DNA of 64,000 nt from Eledone cirrhosa (taxonomy: Eukaryota), in contig OZ024759.1 of assembly GCA_964016885.1 (NCBI GenBank), positions 18,538,001-18,602,000 on the forward strand. The letters run 5' to 3'. This document shows, one piece after another, positions 29,861 to 43,320 of this stretch; positions within the stretch are counted from its first letter, which is position 1, and each line of letters begins with the position of its first letter. The notes under the pieces were generated by a model. That model was not told the origin of the DNA and did not search any database. It saw only the letters and a list, made by a program, of their open reading frames with translations. A program made the position numbers and the translations under genes.

Positions 29861-30659
29861 TAACAAGTAGCTGTTCAAACTTTCTAATGAAGCCAAATAG
29901 AAGTATATTTGATAGCAAATAGAGAAAAGTTCACATTAGGAAAAGAAATCTGTGCACAATGATCAGTCTAATTGTGAGTAGTTAAGTGATGAAAGTCAAA
30001 AGTTATGTTGAATAGAAGTAAGTTTGAAGTATTTAGAATAATTAATACATCAAGTCAAAGTAAAGGATAAAACATGGATCTAGCTATAAACAGGAAGGAA
30101 GTGAATTATTGATTAGTGCTGGTAGTGTAAGAAAGTGTTACGTATATTCTGATTAAAGGAAGTTATTCTCTTAGCATCTTCATTTAGACATTGAAACTTG
30201 TTAAACAGAATTTCAAGTGCTTAGTCGTGCACAAATTCATTGGATTTTAAAGTGGCATTTTCTTTTAATGTCCAAATAAAACTAGATAAAGATGCAACAT
30301 TTCGTTTTTCCGGGTATCAAAAGGAATACTTAAGTGAATAAATATAGTTTTGAAATTATTTGCTCTGGAGTCAATATAAACGTTGTGAATGCAAGGTGTT
30401 TTAACTGTGCATTTATATACACTCTTTTTAAATATAATATCATATACATATTTGCAATTATAATATAGAATAATATTATTTATACTAAGGTTTACTTTTT
30501 CAATTCTATAAGAAATAATAGTTTAGCCTACGTCAGAGATGGTGAAATAAGAAGTATTCACATAGTATCTATGATACAGGGGAATTTTCCTTAGAATAGA
30601 AAAGTATAGTTTAGCTAAATTGTGAGGAAGATTGTAAAATCATATATATATATATATAT

Positions 30660-30742
<83 letters not shown>

Positions 30743-30858
30743 GTGTGATAGATAGATAGAGATATAGATAGATAGAGATGTAGATAGATAGATAAATATA
30801 TATTATACACACACATACATACATATATAATTATATATATCTTGGTATGTATGTGTGT

Positions 30859-30940
<82 letters not shown>

Positions 30941-30995
30941 ACTAATTCTCATCATACACTTATTTTCCACTCCAAGGGACATCTTCACTGATATG

Positions 30996-31085
30996 TATTA
31001 CTGATGAGCTTAGGGGAAATTATTTAATCGATATGTAAACATTATTGATCATATTTTTCGTTAATGAAACGTCCGTCGATTAATA
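30996..31085 (+). ncRNA. Degenerate hammerhead-like motif with long stem II (F10)
   Basis: TATTA-CTGATGA-(~58-nt imperfect hairpin)-GAAAC-gtccgtcgat-TAATA followed by AATAAA; the cleavage-site region is ambiguous. Confidence 0.4.
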
Positions 31086-31455
31086 AATGGTGTGATCTCT
31101 ACAGATTTATTGATTGGTTATTCTTTCAATATATATTTATGCTTTGTGATGCAACTTATTTTCAATTTCCGGATCTTAGCTCGGATTTGTTTAGTCTGCA
31201 TGGTTACTGATGATAACAACACATAGAGGTGCGAGCTGGAATGGCTGCTCTTCCAGCGTGTCTCCCTCACTATCCTCCGGTGAAACACCTTCTCTACTCT
31301 GTCCGGCAGAGGGGGGGGGAGACCCCTGGGCTTCCAGTTACTCATAATAGTGAGAGATGAGGAGAGTGGGAGAGACGGAAGCAGTGACAGAAGGTGTTTG
31401 GTTCCTTTGTTTTCGGACCTAGTGTATATGGATATGTTTCCCCGCCGAGGTTCAC

Positions 31456-31961
31456 TTTGCCTTTCATCAAAATAAAGTACCAGTAATATACTGGGATAAT
31501 TGCTGGTCTGGTGCCAAAGGTAGAAACAATTATTTCCCTTGACACCCAAAACAGCTTATCGTTGTCTTGTCAAGTCAACCCTAAGTGGGTATCTCCAGGA
31601 AGATATTTCAGACGGGTCACTTTATTTGCCTTTCATCAAAATAAAGTACCAGTAATATACTGGGGTAATTGCTGGTCTGGTGCCAAAGGTAGAAACAATT
31701 ATTTCCCTTCACACCCAAAACAGCTTATCGTTGTCTTGTCAAGTCAACCCTAAGTGGGTATCTCCAGGAAGATATTTCAGACGGGTCACTTTATTTGCCT
31801 TTCATCAAAATAAAGTACCAGTAATATACTGGGGTAATTGCTGGTCTAGTGCCAAAGGTAGAAACAATTATTTCCCTTGACACCCAAAACAGCTTATCGT
31901 TGTCTTGTCAAGTCAACCCTAAGTGGGTATCTCCAGGAAGATATTTCAGACGGGTCACTTT
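31456..31961 (+). repeat. 3 x 169-bp tandem repeat (SINE 3' part plus flank)
   Basis: GTGCCAAAGGTAGAAAC recurs at 31511, 31680 and 31849 with near-identical units. Confidence 0.9.
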
Positions 31962-32262
31962 ATGTAGGGCCGCTACTTCTTCGAATCGAGAAGTCACTGC
32001 TCCGATATTACGAACATATAGTTAAAATTCCGGAGGAAAGAATCACTGGACAGATTTTATGGGCAAAACTAACCATCAGGAGATACAAGGGTAGAACCCA
32101 AGCAAGATGGTTGGATAACATCCAAGTGTTCGGTTGGTCTCATTTGAGGATCCAGACGAATCAATTAGAGACAGTACAGGACCGGCTGGAAAGCATACTT
32201 GAGGACTATGTCCCCATGACCCTCCAGGTAAAAGAAGACGATGACGACGAAAAGAAAGCCTG
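31962..32262 (+). mobile_element. RTE-clade LINE 3' fragment, family RTE-B
   Basis: PLLLRIEKSLLRYYEHIVKIPEERITGQILWAK..GRTQARWLDNI; GAC/GAT tail. Confidence 0.7.
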
Positions 32263-32326
32263 ACCAGAAGATCCTCCATCTCTCAGGGTAATTCAGTCGA
32301 ATTTATCACCTATTATATTTAATTAG

Positions 32327-32626
32327 CTGAGGATGAAAAACTCAGAGCTGTATGGGAGCCTCCCAAAGGTCAGCTCAAAAGTGACACAGAGGAGACTGAG
32401 GTTAGCTGAACATGCTCACCGACATCCAGAGTTGACATTGCACTCAGTGCTCCTGTGGGAGCCCCAACATGGACACACTGGAAGAGGAAGACCAAGGTTA
32501 ACGTATGTTGATGCCCTAAGGACAGACACTGGTCTGATGGGGACGCAGGACATGGCAGCGATAATGAGGGACAGAGACCGCTGGAGAGAACTCGTCCATG
32601 GATCTCGGGAATTTTACCCGCCCTAG
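32327..32626 (+). mobile_element. RTE-clade LINE 3' fragment, family RTE-A
   Basis: RRLRLAEHAHRHPE..LLWEPQHGHTGRGRPRLTYVD..DRDRWR; (TAGA)n tail. Confidence 0.9.
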
Positions 32627-32639
32627 ATAGATAGATATA

Positions 32640-32850
32640 TTTAATTGTTTCTACTTATGGTTCAAGGCCAGCAATTATCTCAGCACATTACTGGTACTTT
32701 CATTTATCGACTCCGTAAGGATGAAAGGCAAAGTTAACCTCGGCGGGATTTGAACTCAGAACGTAAAGGGCCATAACTCTATGCTGCAAAGCATGGATGT
32801 CTGACACTCAACCGATAGAGCCAATCCATCGCTTTACAGCCAATCTACCG
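32640..32850 (-). mobile_element. tRNA SINE
   Basis: Full reverse-complement copy of the abundant SINE family. Confidence 0.8.
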
Positions 32851-32864
32851 CCTTTATATTTAAT

Positions 32865-33217
32865 GACTTTCGGAAACATTTTTCACGCTCAGAGATGCTG
32901 AAGTATGGAACCAATTACTTGCATCAGTTGTTAACTGTCGTGACACTGCATCCTTTAAAACCTCCCACGCTTCCTGAGATTCGCCAACACTACACCTGAT
33001 GTCCCCCCCGCCCCATACATATACACGCACACATGTATTTCATGACTCATACACTGTTCATTTTCCTGACATTTGAACATTATTCTATGTACTATACCAG
33101 TAATGCACTGGGTAATTTGCTGGCCTTGTGCCTAACGTAGAAACAATTATTCTATGTACTATACATGCACCTTTGATGAGTTGTAGTGCACCTGAGCACT
33201 GTTCACAATAATTTCAT
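32865..33217 (+). mobile_element. CR1-group LINE extreme 3' end, interrupted by a truncated SINE
   Basis: Frameshifted RKHFF.LR..EVWNQL.ASVVNC..TASFK motif; SINE tail insert bounded by duplicated ATTATTCTATGTACTATAC (33079-33097, 33146-33164). Confidence 0.65.
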
Positions 33218-34123
33218 TGGCAGCATCTGTAGCGGATCGGACGCCATGCTTTCCAGCATAGTTACGTCCCTTTACGGTCTGAGTTAAAATCCCGTCGAGG
33301 TTAACTTTGCCTTTCATCCTTACGGGGGTCGATAAAATAAAGTACCAGTAATGTACTGGGTTAATTGCTGGCCTTGTGCCAAAAGTAGAAACAATTATTA
33401 TTATTATTAACCGACGGTGGATTGGCAGTATCTGTAGAGGGTCGGACGCCATGCTTTGCAACATAGAGTTACGGCCCTTGCCATTCTGAGTTCAAATCCC
33501 GCCGAGGTTAACTTTGCCTTTCATCCTTACGGGGTCGATAAAATAAAGTACCAGTAATACACTGGTAATTGCTGGCCTTGTGCCAAAAGTAGAAACAAGT
33601 ATTATTATTATTATTAACCAACGGTTATTACAGTGTTTTGCAGAGTTTGGGATTTTCAAATTTCACACACTCAGCGCTTTGATAATTCACAAGACAGAGT
33701 ATTGTGTTTAGCCTGGATTTCCTAATATGAGCTAGTATTCTGTTAGCAATCAATATTCCTAAAATAAAGTACCAGTAATGCAGTGGAATAATTGCTGGCC
33801 CTGTGCCAAAAGTAGAAACAATTATTATTATTGTAGTTGTTCTTTGTTACGGCCCTTGCCATTCTGAGTTCAAATCCCGCCGAGGTTAACTTTGCCTTTC
33901 ATCCTTACGGGGTCGATAAAATAAAGTACCAGTAATGCACTGGGTAATTGCTGGCCTTGTGCCTAAAGTAGACACAATTATTAACCAACGGTTATTACAG
34001 TGTTTTGCAGCGTTTGGGATTTTCAAATTTCACACACTCAGCGCTTTGATAATTCACAAGACAGAGTATTGTGTTTAGCCTGGATTTCCTAATATGAACT
34101 AGTATTCTGTTAGCAATCAATAT
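33218..34123 (+). mobile_element. SINE cluster with local duplication (33468-33756 about equal to 33846-34123)
   Basis: Three to four SINE copies; SINE plus unique flank duplicated. Confidence 0.8.
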
Positions 34124-34500
34124 ACCTTCTATTTTGCTTCACTCATTGATTTAACCATGTTATATGTCTTGTTACTATACATTGTATTGTAACTTGATGG
34201 TAGTTGATTTATGTTTGAACATTATATGCTTATTTTATATTTTCTTGCACATTGAGGATTCTCTGACAGATACAGTTATTATTCTTGATTATGTGTATTT
34301 TTTTTATTTCAAAACTTTCATTACTTCCACCATTATCTCTCTTCAGTATTCTTTCTTGTGTTATCTTTAACAATCTGGTTATGTTCTTATGTGATATATG
34401 TGTGTCGATCGCTATAAGTACCTTCAATAAGTTGTGTTTTATTAACCCCGTGATATTCCGCTCAATAATATATACATATACATATACACACAAACACACT

Positions 34501-34549
<49 letters not shown>

Positions 34550-34593
34550 GCACACATATATATATATATAAATATATATATACCCACACAGAG

Positions 34594-34632
<39 letters not shown>

Positions 34633-34651
34633 AATATATATATACCCACAC

Positions 34652-34691
<40 letters not shown>

Positions 34692-34697
34692 GCACAC

Positions 34698-34738
<41 letters not shown>

Positions 34739-34783
34739 CACACAGAGACATATGTATATATATATACCCACACATAGACGTAC

Positions 34784-34822
<39 letters not shown>

Positions 34823-34858
34823 CCCACACATAGACGTACATATATATATATGTATATG

Positions 34859-34889
<31 letters not shown>

Positions 34890-34922
34890 GCCCACACATA
34901 GACGTACATATATATATATATG

Positions 34923-34988
<66 letters not shown>

Positions 34989-35380
34989 CACACAGAGTCA
35001 TATATATATATATAATTATCTGTAGCAGTCAATCTAGTTATGCCATATTCTCCTTGATATTGTTCTACTAGTGGGTGTATTATTTCTTTTTACATGGTTC
35101 ATTCTTCCATAATGTTTTGTATATTTTTAAACCGACTTTTACATTCTCAGTTATCTTATACCTTATCTAAATGAATAACGTTTTGTTCAAAAACTTCTTA
35201 CCTCCCTTGGCATACTTGACCTTATCAGTTAAACTCTTTCTGTGTTCTATATTTATACCTTAAAGAAAATAATATGCATGCCTTTATGTACGTGTACATA
35301 TATACGTATATGATTCATAACTCTATGCAAATATTTATGTATGTAAGTATTCATGTATATATATATATATGTAGTGGTCG

Positions 35381-35411
<31 letters not shown>

Positions 35412-35479
35412 AATGGTCGTACTCGAAAACGAGTTGGCAGCCACCATATATGTATGTATATTTGTATGTATATATTATG

Positions 35480-35773
35480 TCAGGTCACCAGTTGGTGCTA
35501 CTGGTAACATGTATCCCTGTACAACCTGTCTCATGGTCGGGTCGTTGGCGACTGAACTGGCAACCCCACCAAGGTTTCTTGGTGGGGTTGCCAGTTTAGT
35601 CGCCAACTAGGGTAACTTTGGACATCCTACAGGACTAAAAACAAGGCCTGTCGGGGGGAAAAGGGGCTCTTGGGAGTCAATGGCCATCCAAAATCACCGG
35701 GAGAGATGAACCCTTAGCCTTTGTCAAGGCAGAATTCTAGAAGGAAAACTCTGATATAACACCTGCAACCCTG
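35480..35773 (+). mobile_element. Rearranged RTE-like 5' UTR segment containing a 30-bp-arm hairpin (35544-35607)
   Basis: GGCAACCCCACC and TCTAGAAGGAAAACTCTGA resemble RTE 5'-UTR motifs (from memory); the hairpin is read directly. Confidence 0.45.
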
Positions 35774-36100
35774 ATGGTATCCAATGATGTTGACTTGTTC
35801 TTCTTTTTGGTAAATATCATCCTGGTTAAGAGAGTGGGACTGGCTTTGTGCAGTGCCTTTGCTCACTATAAAAGCTTCACGGCGCAGGCATTGCTTTGTA
35901 TCTGGAGATCTCTCTGCACTTGTCATCATATGGTACCATGGGCCCAGCACTATGTGTCAATAATTGTCACAAGTGTAGTGTTTGTACCAGAGTTTTCAAG
36001 TCGCTCGCTGTACTAAAAAGTCACACTCGTTCAGCGCATCGGTAGGGGTTCTCCTACATGGATGTAAAGTAGTGGCCGTACTCGAAAACGAGTTGGCAGC

Positions 36101-36102
<2 letters not shown>
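35774..36102 (+). mobile_element. RTE-type LINE 3' end with C2H2 zinc-finger relic, family RTE-C
   Basis: 35965-36045 encodes [26 protein letters not shown]; inverted copy at 5468-5798; 30-bp tail piece also at 35415-35445. Confidence 0.7.
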
Positions 36103-36162
<60 letters not shown>

Positions 36163-36168
36163 ATAATA

Positions 36169-36199
<31 letters not shown>

Positions 36200-36208
36200 G
36201 TAATAATA

Positions 36209-36243
<35 letters not shown>

Positions 36244-36248
36244 GTAAT

Positions 36249-36279
<31 letters not shown>

Positions 36280-38263
36280 GTAATAATAATATATACATAT
36301 ATATATAGATATATAATAATAATATATATATATATATAAATGGATATCTGCATTGCACATACAAATTATATATATATAAATACATGGTTTATTTGTTTAT
36401 ATTGAACCTGTATTTAAATATTAATATGAATACTCAGGGTATATTCTTAGCCTGAACTCTGTAAAGTAAGTTAAATGAATTTACCAAAGTGTGAGTATAT
36501 CAGCCACATCATGTGTATTTTTACTAATGTTTATGAGGACATTTTCATATATTATTTTCTATTTATGAATATCGAATTTTACTACATACTGTGTCTATAT
36601 GGTTATTTCCATATTCATCTACTTTCATATAAATGTATAATAATAGCTCCAGTTTTATATGTATTTAACTTGTAAACAATTTTTATATAGACTTATTTAC
36701 TTGGTCTGCTAAATTCAGTAATTTTGCGCGTATGTGGGGGTGTTTATTTTTTTCATTTGTATTTATAGATTTCAGTGTTGTTTCCATGTTATTCCCAGTA
36801 TTCAACTAAAAGAGGAATATAGCTCATATTATATTTACTCCCTGCTTTCTAACTATTTATGTGTTCCTTTTTTTTGTGCTTACGTCAATACTATGAATTT
36901 TCCCACATTATACCAGCTTAAAGCTTCGAAAGTTGTTTGATTTAAACATTAAATTTAAACATTCTTTCTTTCCAAGTAACTAGCTTTATTTTATTAAGGT
37001 GTGAGAGATGTTTTCCGCATCATCTACATTTTAATTTATGTTTAAGTATAGCGAGATTTTAATATATATTTTACTAAATAATGTGTATATATATTATTTT
37101 CATACTTATGTACTTTTGTATAGCTGTATAATAATAGCTGCAGTTTTACGCACACACACACATATATATATATAAACTTGAAAACAAATTCTATATAGAT
37201 TTATATTTTGTGTTATTTAAACTTTAAATTTAAAGTTCCGAGCTTTGGAATCTAATAACACTAACCCACCCCAAACCGCTTTTATTAATGTGCTCAAAGC
37301 TAAATTTGAATCACGAATTTAAATCTCACTTCTACATGACAGTTGATATTAGCTTTCGATGGGTATATATTATATTTTTAATTTGAAATTTATTTATTTC
37401 ACTAATGCTTCTTATATTTAATCATTATTTTGATAATTTAAATTTGAACCTTGAATTGAAATCTCATTCTTAAATGACAGATAGTATTAAATTTCAATGG
37501 GTAAATACTATATTATTAAGTTGAAAATTATTTATTTCACTAAGCCTATCACAATAGATGATCATTAAAACAAAATGGCTGCTTATGTTCTTCTTAGGAA
37601 TACGTTCACAAATGGGTTAAATTTCAGTTTATTTTATCGCATTGATTTTCTTTCATAACAACGTAATGAATTTAGATAGAATATTGACATTTTTAGCCTT
37701 GCTGTGAGTAGTATCTTTAACATTTTCCTATAAACATATTCTATTTCAATTAATTCAGGAAAAATATCGAGGGATTACTAATATCATAAATTATCTCATT
37801 ACTAAGATACTAACTTAACACGCAGGGATTCTTATATTATGATATTGGAAGATTTCATTTAAATTGGGACCTTTTAAAACGGGTGGTTTTGTTTCATAGA
37901 ACCATTGTTGGTTTCGCCGGATTGATATGCAATATGTGTTTCTGTTTGTTAGAAAAAACAAATTCCTTATTTAATAGCTTCAGCTGATACCAGTGACCCC
38001 TTTTTTCTGCTCACAGTGAAAAATCTAGCTAGTAGGTCTCTATAGTAGATATATATTCAGCAAAAACTTAAGTGAAACTTGCAAACGTTGGCAAAAATGT
38101 ATTAATTGATTAAAAGATGCACTAGATAACGTTTTTTGTTTGTTAAACCACAGTATCTACTTTTCACAACGCAGCTAAAATGTATTTAGTAAAAAAACAA
38201 ATACAACGAGAAAAAAACACTAACAAAAACAGCCGTAAATATATCGCAAATGTTTATCACCAT

Positions 38264-38296
38264 GCACCCGAAACAACGCCGTGCAGTTCTGTTAGT
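38264..38296 (+). mobile_element. Possible Helitron 3' terminus
   Basis: GCACCCGAAACAACGCCGTGC hairpin-like motif followed by CTGTTAG|T resembles the Helitron 3' hairpin plus CTAG end. Confidence 0.35.
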
Positions 38297-38485
38297 TAAT
38301 ATATAAGGTAAACACACATATCACATACATATTAGCACACGCGTAAATATATACACATTATATACCGTAATATCTGTATAGATAAGTATAAGTGTAGGAA
38401 CGTGTGTATATATATATAAATAAACATATGTATACAAACGTATATATATATATAGATATATATACATAAACATATGTCTACAGAC

Positions 38486-38602
<117 letters not shown>

Positions 38603-39132
38603 CGTGCGTGTGTGTTGCGCGTGCGTGTTTGTATAAAGAAATCTTAAAAACTAAATTGAATCACATAAAACTAGAATAAAACAAAATAATTATCGCCCAA
38701 CGTTCGTTTGATATTTCCTCTCGTCTTTATCTGTGTTGTTTGTTTTGTCTTTCTTAAACCGATGACAAAGGTAATTTCCTGAAGACAGAAGAATCTTTAA
38801 AATCAAACTTAGCTGTCAGCCTAAAATTTATCAGATCACCCAAAAAACAAATGATAATAAATAAATAAATGAAAACTAAACTAAAATAAAATCCAATAAA
38901 ATAAAGCAAAGAATATAATTAGAAGGAAAAATAAGAGGAGAAGATGAAGGAGAAATAATTAGAATAGACGAAAAAAGAAGAGAGAAATGAAATTAATGTA
39001 AAGAAATCTTAAAGAGAAGAGAATTTGGCTGAATATGATAAAAGGTAGAGTTTAAAAATAGTGCACACACATTTATAAATAAATATATATATATATATAT
39101 ATATACATACATATATTATAATATATACATAT

Positions 39133-39163
<31 letters not shown>

Positions 39164-39178
39164 CATATATATACATAT

Positions 39179-39435
<257 letters not shown>

Positions 39436-39708
39436 TACAAATTCATCGTATATATATATAACAATTTCCTGAAAGAATAAAGAAAAAAGCTAACACCAAC
39501 CAATTGATAATGATGATGATAGTGATGACTATTATAGGGATTACATTGGTGATGGTGATGATGGTGTTGATGCTGATGATGACGTGTATAGTGTGGAAGA
39601 TAAGGTAGGAGAGAAGGAAAAGTACGAATGAGAGAAAAGCTGGAAAAAACCAAGAGAAGAAAATGAGAAAATAACGAGGTTAAATGAAATACAATAAAAA
39701 AAAATAAT

Positions 39709-39810
39709 TGTTTCTACTTTTGGCACAAGGCCAGCAATTAACCCAGTGTATTACTGGTACTTTATTTTATCGACCCCTTAAGGATGAAAGGCAAAGTTAA
39801 CCTCGGCGGG
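39709..39810 (-). mobile_element. 5'-truncated SINE with 18-bp TSD
   Basis: ACAATAAAAAAAAATAAT at 39691-39708 and 39811-39828. Confidence 0.85.
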
Positions 39811-40339
39811 ACAATAAAAAAAAATAATATCAGGAAAACACACACTAAAAAAAACTTTTTTTTTTTCAGAATGTAAAGATGCTAAAGAGATTTTGTTTGA
39901 TGTGATCCCTTTATTTGGTGTAAATGTGATATGAAAAACAACAACAATAAGAGAAAGAAAACAAAAAACAACAAATCAATAAAAATACAAAGGAAAGGAA
40001 AATAAAAAAAAAAACAATAATGTAATAATGATTTTTAACGCCTGGGAAGAAGATTCAGCGAGTTGATAGGCTGTCACTAAACCCAGTGGAAGTTTTGTCA
40101 CTAATTCTTATCAGCAGTTTCACGTATTGCCAATATTCAAGATATTTAATTTCGGTTACCGTGGTCAAACTCGTTCTTTATCATCGCAAGAGACTAACTA
40201 ACATAAATATCATGTACTTATAGATTTTCCAAAGCAAAGAAACAAGAATGTGAAACAAATATTTAGTTTTTATTTGCTAGACAAGGAACTATGTAAGAGT
40301 GCTGATGAAGAATACTTGTTGTTGTTGTTGTTTTGTGAT

Positions 40340-41275
40340 GCGGTGAATTGGCAGAGCCGTTAGAACGTCGGATAAAAGGCTTTGAAGTATTTGTTCCGAT
40401 TCTCTCTACTCTGAGTTCAACACCGAGGTCAACTTTGCCTTTCATCCTTTCGAAATCGATACAAAAAAGATCCAGTCAAGTACTTCTTCCTCTATATATT
40501 TTTCTCACTTTCTCTCCTTCTCTGGAAACAAATAAGCTGAGTTCAGACCTGGTGAAGGGATGTTCTTTGCCGGGTTTAAATGGGAGTTACGGGAACACAT
40601 ATTCATTGTTATTTGTGTATATAGCATGGCCGAATAGCTAAGAAGTTTGTTTTGCGAACATAAGGTCCCGGGTTTGATCCCACAGACTGGAATTTTAAGC
40701 GATTGTTATTTACTACTGACTCTCGTCGACTCAAATTTTGTGAGTAAAAAATGGGAAATTCGGTTGGCGGAAACGGTTTGGAAGACCACCTGATAGATTA
40801 CACCTAAAATTCAAAGGACCAGCAACCTTACCACATATTGTATCACGCTGAATCTCCCTAAGAATTTTATTAGAGGAACTACTACATCATTGCCGGAATT
40901 GACGGATGTGCTTTCCATCATAGCGGAATGTAATAGCTTCTGATTCAGACACAAGGCCAACAGTTTAGGGGGGAAGAAAGTCGATCAAATCGAACCAAGT
41001 GCATTACACGTAAGGATTAAAAGCAAAACTAACCTCGGCGATATTTGAATGGAAAGCGTAAAGGACCATAACCACATGCTGCAAAGCATGTTGTTTGACG
41101 CTCTACCGTTTCTGCCAATCCACCGCCCTTAATAATGGTTTCTGATTTAGGCACAAGACCAACGATTTGGAAGGAGGGGAATGTTGATTAAATCGAACCC
41201 AGTGCGTTACTGGTACTTTAATTTATTGACCCTGTAGGATGAAAGACAAAGTTAACCTCGGCAGGGTTTGAACTC
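40340..41275. mobile_element. Cluster of diverged tRNA SINEs
   Basis: Plus copy 40340-40590, tRNA-head copy at about 40620-40790, minus copies 40925-41275. Confidence 0.65.
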
Positions 41276-42142
41276 ATCACTATGGAATATAATGGCATTG
41301 GATATTTATTTTAGAAGTTTTGCACTTTCTCTTTCTCCTATATATAGACATAATACAAAGGGCCAGTATTGTCACGCACTGTCATGCGGCACAGATAAAC
41401 AAACAGACAGATACAACACAGAATTTCACAGGGAAGCGACGGGAGACTTTATATTTTTCTTTCTTTGAGACAGTTGGCACCACCCGTTCACAATGAGTTT
41501 TTCATATTCTATGATTTAAAAAAGAAATAACCTGCAAAGCGTTTGTATTTACACTAGCATGTTTTATTGCAGCTGGGTAAAATGAAAATCAGATGTTACT
41601 GTCAGAATTACATAATACATACGAAACGAACAATCCATTTCTTCTATGACGTGATGGCATTTATAATAAATATGTCGATGAGTTTATGGAATACTGTAAA
41701 AACAATTTTACAATTCTTCTATGTACCAAATAGGTTTTATTGTAGTGAAGTATCTCTGTAGTAAATGCAGCGATATTCTAAAACACAATTTTGATATATC
41801 ATTAACAGTTTCTTTGTAGAGTTAGTCTAGAGTAATATGAGAGAAACCTGGATAAAGCAGATGGTGGTTGTGTTTGACGACAATGTCGTGGTAATATTAA
41901 CAGAAACATTAGACAGGAAGCTAATATCTCAACTGTTTAAATAAAAATGATAGTTGAGCAGGGTACAATATGGCCGTCTGGTCAAGAGGTTTGCTTCGCA
42001 AATCCGTCAGTTCCGATAATGATGTAGTTATAGTTTTTCTCTTAATATAATTCTCAGGGAGATGAGAATTATATTAAGAGAATAACTATAACTATATATA
42101 TACATACACACACACACAGACACACACACAAGATGCCCCCAG

Positions 42143-42175
<33 letters not shown>

Positions 42176-42211
42176 CGTGCGAATGGATGTAGGAATGGTT
42201 GCAGCACCAGC

Positions 42212-42243
<32 letters not shown>

Positions 42244-42294
42244 TGTATGTATGTATGTATGTATGTATGTATGTATATATATATATATATATAC

Positions 42295-42579
42295 AATATA
42301 TTAATAAATGGAAACTATATTTATAAAACCATAATTATTTTATTATATATATTTCAAGGGCAACCAAGGTAAATTATGGTGCGCTTTCATCAGATAAAAT
42401 ACAGATTTGTTTTATAAATAAATATTGACATACCCGGAAAAAAGACAACCTCAACGGTTGAAATTCGCTGGATAGGCATTAATATATTGTATATTTACTC
42501 TACAAAACTGTTGAGTGCTTTATATCAGTTATAAAAAATTGTTAAGCTTGTTGAATCCCAACAAATTAAATATAACCTC

Positions 42580-42582
<3 letters not shown>
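42295..42582 (-). mobile_element. Short hammerhead-bearing element in (TA)n, family F2 (longer copy)
   Basis: Minus strand CTGATGA (42393-42387)-AAG..ACCA taatttacct TGGT..CTT-GAAA; termini identical in position to 16535-16740. Confidence 0.6.
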
Positions 42583-42612
<30 letters not shown>

Positions 42613-43094
42613 CGTTTACTTTAATGTTCAGAATAGAACTGGTGGATGCATTGCAACATCTTTATTTATTACACGTGAACATATTGTATATATCTTCACA
42701 TACACCTTTATTATCAATTACGCAGTGTTAGCGCTATCGCTAATTAAACCTAGCAGAAGACCCCTGCAACATGAAAATCGAGTATTAAATTGGAGGCTAC
42801 CATGATTAATTTAATGATGCAAAGATTTTTCACTAATCAAAATTGCACTGTTAGTGAAAAAAAAAAAAAAAAAAATAGACAATTTCTCAATAACTCTGGT
42901 CAGAAGAGCCAGGGTAGATTACTCTCTAGAAGTTTCCAGTATATATGTTTTCTCTGAAAGTAGAATATTTATATAAATTTTGCAGCCACTACAGTCATGT
43001 TGGAAGAATAGCTAGGAGATGTTTATTGTATGGAAAACAAATAGTAAAGGACATAACATGATGTAGTAAGCCAAAATAGATTTCATTAATTAGA

Positions 43095-43320
43095 ATGGCG
43101 GTGTATTGGGATTGGCAAAATCGGTAGAGCGTCGGACGAAATGCTTTGCGATATTTGTTACAATTCTTTAAGTTCTGAGTTCAAGCCCCGAGGCGTTAAA
43201 CTTTGCCTATATCCTTCCAGGGTTGATGAAACAAAGTACCAGTTAAGTACTGGGGTTGATATAATAGACATGTTCTCTTCCTCCAAATCGCTGTCTTTGT
43301 GGCAATGCTAGAAAGAATTA
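43095..43320 (+). mobile_element. tRNA SINE
   Basis: TTGGCAAAATCGGTAGAGCG..TTCTGAGTTCAAG..CTTTGCCT..AGTACCAGT. Confidence 0.7.
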
